Below are positions 26,653 to 32,000 of a stretch of 32,000 nucleotides of DNA, piece by piece. Within the stretch, counting starts at the first letter, position 1; each line of letters begins with the position of its first letter. This DNA is from Promethearchaeum syntrophicum (GTDB taxonomy: Archaea > Asgardarchaeota > Lokiarchaeia > Sigyniarchaeales > Promethearchaeaceae), in NCBI RefSeq assembly GCF_008000775.2, contig NZ_CP042905.2, forward strand, positions 960,001-992,000. Direction: 5' to 3'. The translations under genes were made by a program, and so were the position numbers. The notes below the pieces were generated by a model. The model had not been told where the DNA came from, ran no database searches, and saw nothing but the letters and a program-made list of their open reading frames with translations.

Positions 26653-28212
26653 ATGGATCTTATAATTGTTTTAGATTTCGGGGGACAGTATACTCATTTA
26701 ATAGCAAGGCGCATTCGGGAGCTAGGGATTTATTCAGAAATTTTACCATATAATGCCCCATTAGAAAAAATTGCAAATTTAAACCCCAAAGGAATAATCC
26801 TTTCAGGAGGACCATCATCAGTTTATGAAAAGGATGCACCTTATCTTAAACAAGAATTTTATGAATATGCTAAAGGGAACATTCCTTTATTAGGCCTTTG
26901 TTATGGTCATCACCTTATTGGGCAATATTTTAAAGGAAAAGTGGTTGCCCATAAGGAAAAAGAATTTGGAAAAACTGAATTCATTGTAAAACGCCACGAT
27001 TACATTTTTAAGAATACAAACCCAAAAGAAATTGTTTGGATGTCGCACGGAGATCAAGTAGAACGTTTACCTCCTGATTTTGAAATATTTGGTTCAACGG
27101 CTACTTGCCCAATTGCAGCCATGGGTAACATCAATCAAAAAATTTATGGATTTCAATTTCACCCAGAAGTATACCATACAATTCATGGAAAGGAAATACT
27201 CCGGAATTTTATTATAGATATCTGTCAAGCACAACAAAATTGGAAAATTGATGATTGGATTGAAGGAGCAATTAAAGATATTCAGAAAGAAGTTGGAGAA
27301 AAACAAATAATTTTGGGATTATCTGGTGGCGTTGATTCATCGGTTGTAGCTTTGCTTCTTAAAAAAGCCATCGGCAATAATGTTCATCCAATTTTTGTAA
27401 ATAATGGTGTTTTACGGAAAAATGAGGTTGAACAAGTTTGCGATTGGTTTCAAAATCAATTGAAATTCGAAAATTTTCATTATGTTGATGCTGAAACTGA
27501 ATTTCTCGAAGCATTGAAGGGTATAGAAGATCCTGAAGAAAAAAGAAAAATAATCGGTCACCAATTCATTAAAGTTTTTGAAAAAACAGCACTAAAACTA
27601 GAAGAAATCCATCCAAACATTGAATATCTTGCTCAAGGAACTATCTATCCAGATCGCGTAGAATCTCAAGCTGGACAAGGTGGTAAAATTTCAAGCAAAA
27701 TCAAATCTCATCATAATTTAACGCTTCCCGATGATATGAAATTAAAAATTCTAGAGCCATTGAAAGATTTGTATAAAGATGAGGTGAGAAAATTGGGATT
27801 TCTCCTTGGATTGCCCCAAGAATTAATTGGTCGGCATCCATTTCCAGGTCCAGGATTAGCTGTTAGATGCATAGGTGATATTACAAAGGAAAAACTCGAT
27901 ACTCTTAGAGATGCTGATGCAATAGTAATTGAGGAAATTAAAAAAGCAGGACTCTATGATCAAATTTGGCAAGCTTTTGCTGTTTTTTTACCTGTAAAGT
28001 CTGTAGGTGTTATGGGTGATTATCGAACATATGAATATTTATGCGCACTTCGCATTGTTGAATCGATTGATGCTATGACTGCAAATTTCGCAAAACTCGA
28101 TTGGAGTATCTTAGAGCAAATTAGTTCTCGGATTATCAATGAAGTGATAGGAATCAATCGCGTTGTTTATGATATTTCTAATAAACCTCCTGCAACAATT
28201 GAATTTGAATAA
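26653..28212 (+). CDS. guaA: GMP synthase (glutamine-hydrolysing), glutaminase and synthetase fused
   Basis: LDFGGQYTHLIARRIRE, LGLCYGHHLIG, FQFHPEVYHT, LGLSGGVDSSVVALLL, PHPFPGPGLAVR, and C-terminal PPATIEFE. Confidence 0.97.
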   Translation: MDLIIVLDFGGQYTHLIARRIRELGIYSEILPYNAPLEKIANLNPKGIILSGGPSSVYEKDAPYLKQEFYEYAKGNIPLLGLCYGHHLIGQYFKGKVVAHKEKEFGKTEFIVKRHDYIFKNTNPKEIVWMSHGDQVERLPPDFEIFGSTATCPIAAMGNINQKIYGFQFHPEVYHTIHGKEILRNFIIDICQAQQNWKIDDWIEGAIKDIQKEVGEKQIILGLSGGVDSSVVALLLKKAIGNNVHPIFVNNGVLRKNEVEQVCDWFQNQLKFENFHYVDAETEFLEALKGIEDPEEKRKIIGHQFIKVFEKTALKLEEIHPNIEYLAQGTIYPDRVESQAGQGGKISSKIKSHHNLTLPDDMKLKILEPLKDLYKDEVRKLGFLLGLPQELIGRHPFPGPGLAVRCIGDITKEKLDTLRDADAIVIEEIKKAGLYDQIWQAFAVFLPVKSVGVMGDYRTYEYLCALRIVESIDAMTANFAKLDWSILEQISSRIINEVIGINRVVYDISNKPPATIEFE

Positions 28213-28232
28213 ATCCAAATGAATAAAATAAC

Positions 28233-28626
28233 TCATACAGCGTGTAATATTTTTCGTAGGTTCTTTTCTTTCATAATGATCATTACAATCATGTAAATTA
28301 CTAGTAAAAAAAGAAAAATTGAAGTGTATATGGCTATCGAATTGTCTGGGGTCGAAATAGTCCCATTTTGGATTAGTGAACTAAAAATTATAATTCCAAC
28401 CAGAAAAAAAAGGGATTACTAAACCAAAAACGAAAAAATGGTTAAGATTTGATTTGATCTTCTGTTTTTGATCAAAATTTAATTCGTTATAATGGTTTAA
28501 ACATAATTCATCTTTTGAACAATTATGACATGCTTTAGCTTTACACACTCTACAAGTAATAAAATTCTTGAATTTTCCACCGTGGATTAATTTACCACAA
28601 AATTGACAAGTTTCATTTAATTTCAT
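28233..28626 (-). pseudogene. Zinc-finger plus two-TM-helix protein, interrupted by a probable +1 frameshift in an 8-T run (track ORF 28381..28626)
   Basis: Cys pattern CxxC-x14-CxxC-x4-CxxC-x5-CxxH. Removing one T from the homopolymer extends the frame to 28233 with HFFVFGLVIPFFLVGIIIFSSLIQNGTISTPDNSIAIYTSIFLFLLVIYMIVMIIMKEKNLRKILHAV*. Confidence 0.6.
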
Positions 28627-28730
28627 ATCACTATTTGTGAAATTTTATGATTAAAAATGTTTTTAAATTCTGTAGAGAATAGAAAAAACTACAAAGAGAT
28701 AAGAAAAAAAAATATCATAATCCGATACTA

Positions 28731-29270
28731 CTATAGCCTATTTTCCATAAGAATTTCATTAACATAATTTCCATTGATAAAATATTGTTTTTCATAGGTT
28801 CCAACGATTTTGAAGCCACATTTCTTATAAAGTTTTATACCTTGCTTGTTTGTATCAAAAGTTGAGAGAATTAATTTCTTTTTCCCACGTTCCTTGGCTA
28901 TTTCCTTTCCTAATTCAATTAGAAAATACCCCAAACCCAAATTTCGATATTTTTTTTGAACAATAATCCCCAAAATCCCTACATGCTTAGCCGCTTCCCA
29001 TTGTGTATGTTCAATTGTCAATTGCCCAACGATTTTTTTTGGCGAAGAAAGTTTGATATCCACCGCTACTATACAGAAATTATTAATTTGAATCAAATCT
29101 TTATACCAAGAATTTTTCTCCCATTGGTTTAAAACGGGAGTGTATACAGGGAGATAGATTTTTTCTTCAACTACTTCATTAAAATTACTCCAAATTCCTT
29201 CAAGATCGTCTTTTTCAATCAATCGTAGATAGATTTCCTTCCCATTTTTTAGGATAATTTTTTTTGACAT
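28731..29270 (-). CDS. GNAT family N-acetyltransferase (RimJ/RimL-like)
   Basis: GILGIIVQKKYRNLGLGYFLIELGKEIAKERGKKKLILSTFDTNKQGIKLYKKCGFKIVG. Confidence 0.85.
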   Translation of the reverse strand: MSKKIILKNGKEIYLRLIEKDDLEGIWSNFNEVVEEKIYLPVYTPVLNQWEKNSWYKDLIQINNFCIVAVDIKLSSPKKIVGQLTIEHTQWEAAKHVGILGIIVQKKYRNLGLGYFLIELGKEIAKERGKKKLILSTFDTNKQGIKLYKKCGFKIVGTYEKQYFINGNYVNEILMENRL

Positions 29271-29337
29271 TCAATATTATAAATTTTGATTTTGATGTAT
29301 TTAATAAGTATTATTTTATTATTTTACGGGGATAATT

Positions 29338-29760
29338 ATGTTTAAGAAGAAAGGTAAAGAAGAAAAGAAGAAAAAAAAGTCTAAATTAGCCAAGGATTTT
29401 GTTAATTTAACCCACGTTGAGACAAAAAAGCAAAAAGTAGACTATAAGGGAATGGTAGATATTCTATCTCAAAAAGAAAAATATGATGAACAACAACAAT
29501 TCAGAAAAAAACTCACAACCGATGAACAAGCAATCTTGACATCTTTTCAAAAAAATCGTATGCTACTGGACAGAATATGGATCATAACTAATCAAAGTAG
29601 GATTCAAATGGGAATGGATGGTTATAAATTGGAAAAACTGAAAGCAATCTTGGATAATCTAGTAGAAATGGGTTATTTAAAGTACGAAGCTGTTGAATAC
29701 GAATCAAAATTTAATGATGTTTATATTTTAACCGAACTCGGAAAAGAACAAGTATTTTAG
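29338..29760 (+). CDS. Probable winged-helix protein, 140 aa
   Basis: LTTDEQAILTSFQKNRMLLDRIWIITNQSRIQMGMDGYKLEKLKAILDNLVEMGYLKYE... resembles a wHTH. Confidence 0.65.
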   Translation: MFKKKGKEEKKKKKSKLAKDFVNLTHVETKKQKVDYKGMVDILSQKEKYDEQQQFRKKLTTDEQAILTSFQKNRMLLDRIWIITNQSRIQMGMDGYKLEKLKAILDNLVEMGYLKYEAVEYESKFNDVYILTELGKEQVF

Positions 29761-29803
29761 TATTAAGATTTTTTGAAAAGAATAGCTATTTGAATTTAAA
29801 TTT

Positions 29804-30232
29804 TTATTCTTTTAAAGATAAACTCATAGTAGATAAATCATCGCGAATATTCCACCCAATTTTTTTATAGAAATCGATCACTCCAATATTTGATTTAAGA
29901 ATCTCTATTTTTAATTTCACTACATTTCTTTCTTTAAATCTTCTTATGATTTCATTCATCAAAATAGTACCATATTTCATTCCTTGAATTGAGCTATGTA
30001 TCGCTAAATGATGAATCCATCCCCTTCGACCATCATAACCCCCTAGAACTGCTCCGAGAATTTTATTTTTTACAGTATCCTTCATAACCAAACATAATCC
30101 TGGATTATGCTTTAACATTCTCACCAATTCTTCGTGTTTATCTGAATAGGTTAATTCGATCTTAACTAAACGCCACAAATCTAGAACTTGAGATAAATCT
30201 CTCTCTACCATTTCGTGAATAACAAATTCCAT
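29804..30232 (-). CDS. GNAT family N-acetyltransferase
   Basis: WIHHLAIHSSIQGMKYGTILMNEIIRRFKERNVVKLKIEILKSNIGVIDFYKKIGW. Confidence 0.85.
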   Translation of the reverse strand: MEFVIHEMVERDLSQVLDLWRLVKIELTYSDKHEELVRMLKHNPGLCLVMKDTVKNKILGAVLGGYDGRRGWIHHLAIHSSIQGMKYGTILMNEIIRRFKERNVVKLKIEILKSNIGVIDFYKKIGWNIRDDLSTMSLSLKE

Positions 30233-30315
30233 TGAGAGTTAGAAGGATTTGTTTTTTTTAAAATTTAAGAATGTAAGCAAAAGATTGTAAAGAAAATAAG
30301 AAAATATAATATGTA

Positions 30316-30738
30316 TCAAACTTGAAAATCAAATACATCATCGGGAACCATTAAATTATCTACAATATGTATTACTCCATTTGTACCTAAAATATCTTTT
30401 ATGAGAATATTCGCTGATCCAATTTTTTCACCGTTCTGAAAAATCTCGATCATATTTCCTTCCAGTGTTGGTATTGATTTTCGGTGCGATAAATCGAAGG
30501 AGGAATGCTTTCCAGGCAAAATATGGTTGGAAAAGACTTTTCTTAATACTTCTTTATCATGAAACAATTTAAATATAGTTTTTTCAGGCAATTTTCTTAT
30601 TGCTTCTTCAACAGGCGCGATTATGGTAAACGGCCCCTTATCTTTCAAATCTTCGGTAAGTTTCACTGCTTCAATGCCTTCAAGGAATAAGTTAAATGCA
30701 TTCATATCCTTTAGGGTCTTATATATATTTGAGGGCAA
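30316..30738 (-). CDS. Fasciclin (FAS1) domain protein
   Basis: GPFTIIAPVEEAIRKLPEKTIFKLF...VLRKVFSNHILPGK...ILGTNGVIHIVDNLMVP. Confidence 0.85.
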   Translation of the reverse strand: MPSNIYKTLKDMNAFNLFLEGIEAVKLTEDLKDKGPFTIIAPVEEAIRKLPEKTIFKLFHDKEVLRKVFSNHILPGKHSSFDLSHRKSIPTLEGNMIEIFQNGEKIGSANILIKDILGTNGVIHIVDNLMVPDDVFDFQV

Positions 30739-30864
30739 AATAAAATCACTGACTTTTTTTTTTTACAAACAATAGTACTAAATCTACATTTTTAAAACTA
30801 TTGTAAAAATCACTACATTTTCATAAGACAAAAAAGGATAAAATTCGATTTTAAGAATAAAAAT

Positions 30865-30936
30865 AGGGACGAAGAGAGTTGAACTCTTGACATCCACGGT
30901 GTGAGCGTGGCGAAATAACCACTAGTCTACGCCCCT
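30865..30936 (-). tRNA. tRNA-Val (anticodon CAC)
   Basis: Minus strand AGGGGCG TA GACTAGTGGTTATTTC G CCACG CTCACAC CGTGG ATGTC AAGAG TTCAACT CTCTT CGTCCCT. All 7 acceptor pairs form (one G-U), anticodon and T arms are perfect; D-stem is weak. Confidence 0.85.
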
Positions 30937-30946
30937 TAAGAAATGT

Positions 30947-31240
30947 TTAATAATTTTCATTAATCAACCATTTTACAGGAACGTCTTGACTTGTTCCATT
31001 AGGTAAATGTCTCCTAATGGTGATTGGTAACATTTTATTCTCAAGCTCGTAGGTTGCGATTTCTAAAGGATCATTTACACCTTGAGGAATTTCTATGAAT
31101 GGACTGGCTTGAAACGCGAGTTGTAATGCGCGAGCACCGATAATTCTGCTCCGTTCATATCTGGTTATAAAAATTGAACCAATTTTAATTTTTTTTTCTG
31201 CTTCAATATATTTATCGTATCTTTTTAACGTTCTGCTCAT
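30947..31240 (-). CDS. rpoK: DNA-directed RNA polymerase subunit K (Rpo6/RPB6)
   Basis: LTRYERSRIIGARALQLAFQASPFIEIP-like core (ITRYERSRIIGARALQL) and IATYELENKMLPITIRRHLPNG. Confidence 0.95.
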   Translation of the reverse strand: MSRTLKRYDKYIEAEKKIKIGSIFITRYERSRIIGARALQLAFQASPFIEIPQGVNDPLEIATYELENKMLPITIRRHLPNGTSQDVPVKWLINENY

Positions 31241-31342
31241 AAAAGTTGTTCAACCTAAAAAATAGTAATTTGATCAATAATCCATTTAAAAAAAGTTTTT
31301 CGGTATATTGAAGAGTTGAATTACAGAGTGGAAGATGAGAAC

Positions 31343-31708
31343 TTAATCAAAATCTTCCATTGTAAATTCTTGGTCAGATTGTGTCTTCTTCTTATTTTTA
31401 TTTTTTTTTATTTTCTCTTTTTTTATTTTTAGTTTTTTTTTATAAGAGATATTGGCTTCGGGTTCTGAATAAGATTGGAAACTATGTTCAGATGATGATG
31501 CATCTGATTCCTTTTTTTTTTTCCTGTCTTTTTTGATACCAACGATGAGAAATATTAAACCTGGGATAAACAAAATCAAGGCAAAAATTAGTAAAAAGAT
31601 TCCTATTAAGACTCCTCTGAGGTCTCCTCTACTTAATATAATAACTAGGATACCTAACGATGCTGGTAGGATACATAAACACATTCCGAATTTTTTAGAA
31701 AAACTCAT
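31343..31708 (-). CDS. Small membrane protein, two TM helices, charged C-terminal tail
   Basis: MCLCILPASLGILVIIL...VLIGIFLLIFALILFIPGLIFLIVG followed by a lysine-rich tail. Confidence 0.7.
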   Translation of the reverse strand: MSFSKKFGMCLCILPASLGILVIILSRGDLRGVLIGIFLLIFALILFIPGLIFLIVGIKKDRKKKKESDASSSEHSFQSYSEPEANISYKKKLKIKKEKIKKNKNKKKTQSDQEFTMEDFD

Positions 31709-31714
31709 ATCAAA

Positions 31715-31966
31715 TCACTCTCTAGATGCCCATACAATGTCGTCAGCTGATAATCTCTTGCGCTTTTCATCCTTAACCAATGATAGTGCCTTTTTTGTAG
31801 TCCTTTTAGCTTGCATTTCTAATTGTTCTATTAATAATTCAATGGCTCCATCGCTGACTAATGATGCTCCTTGTTCTTTCATAAATCTTTTTATTGGTGC
31901 CTTAGACATAAAATTCGTTTGAGATTTTGAATTTATAATAATTTTTTTCGATTTTTTTTTAGCCAT
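31715..31966 (-). CDS. Archaeal histone-fold protein with N-terminal basic tail
   Basis: APIKRFMKEQGASLVSDGAIELLIEQLEMQAKRTTKKALSLVKDEKRKRLSADDIVWA matches the archaeal histone fold; preceded by MAKKKSKKIIINSKSQTNFMSK. Confidence 0.85.
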   Translation of the reverse strand: MAKKKSKKIIINSKSQTNFMSKAPIKRFMKEQGASLVSDGAIELLIEQLEMQAKRTTKKALSLVKDEKRKRLSADDIVWASRE

Positions 31967-32000
31967 GATATTTCATTTTATGTTTTCACTTAAATACGTT

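Noticed and set aside
1-32000. CRISPR array or cas genes
   Set aside because: No regularly spaced repeat-spacer pattern and no cas-like proteins; the only periodic repeat array (12023-12100) has three short units with 11-13-bp gaps, which fits iterons or operators.

Overview
AT-rich archaeal chromosome segment that looks Asgard/Lokiarchaeota-like (tailed archaeal histone, rpoK, a JAMM/MPN+ protease, a long coiled-coil protein). The taxonomic guess is inference from gene content. Ordinary chromosomal genes lie at about 1-4.07 kb and 18.4-32 kb. Between them is an accessory block (~4.2-18.3 kb) that looks like an integrated mobile element. It ends in a tyrosine recombinase and is bracketed by mirror-oriented arrays of the 9-mer CGTATTACG/CGTAATACG. 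From left to right it carries: small cargo ORFs including a possible RHH-type regulator; an ORF interrupted by one in-frame TGA; a tight three-gene cassette (TIGR04255-like protein, 85-aa protein, 227-aa protein with an LTPCC motif); a large Type IIG-like restriction-methyltransferase; two small ORFs; a control region with three ~18-bp iteron-like repeats and a 14-bp perfect inverted repeat; a P-loop helicase-like protein with a cysteine cluster and a C-terminal winged-helix-like tail; a cysteine-rich/TRASH-like protein; a protein with a duplicated N-terminal module and a nuclease-like C-terminus; and a repeat-rich non-coding region. Best candidates for something undescribed are the cassette next to the Type IIG enzyme, the replication-like module with its iterons, and the CGTAATACG boundary arrays. 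One unannotated tRNA-Val(CAC) lies just downstream of rpoK. No CRISPR array was seen.
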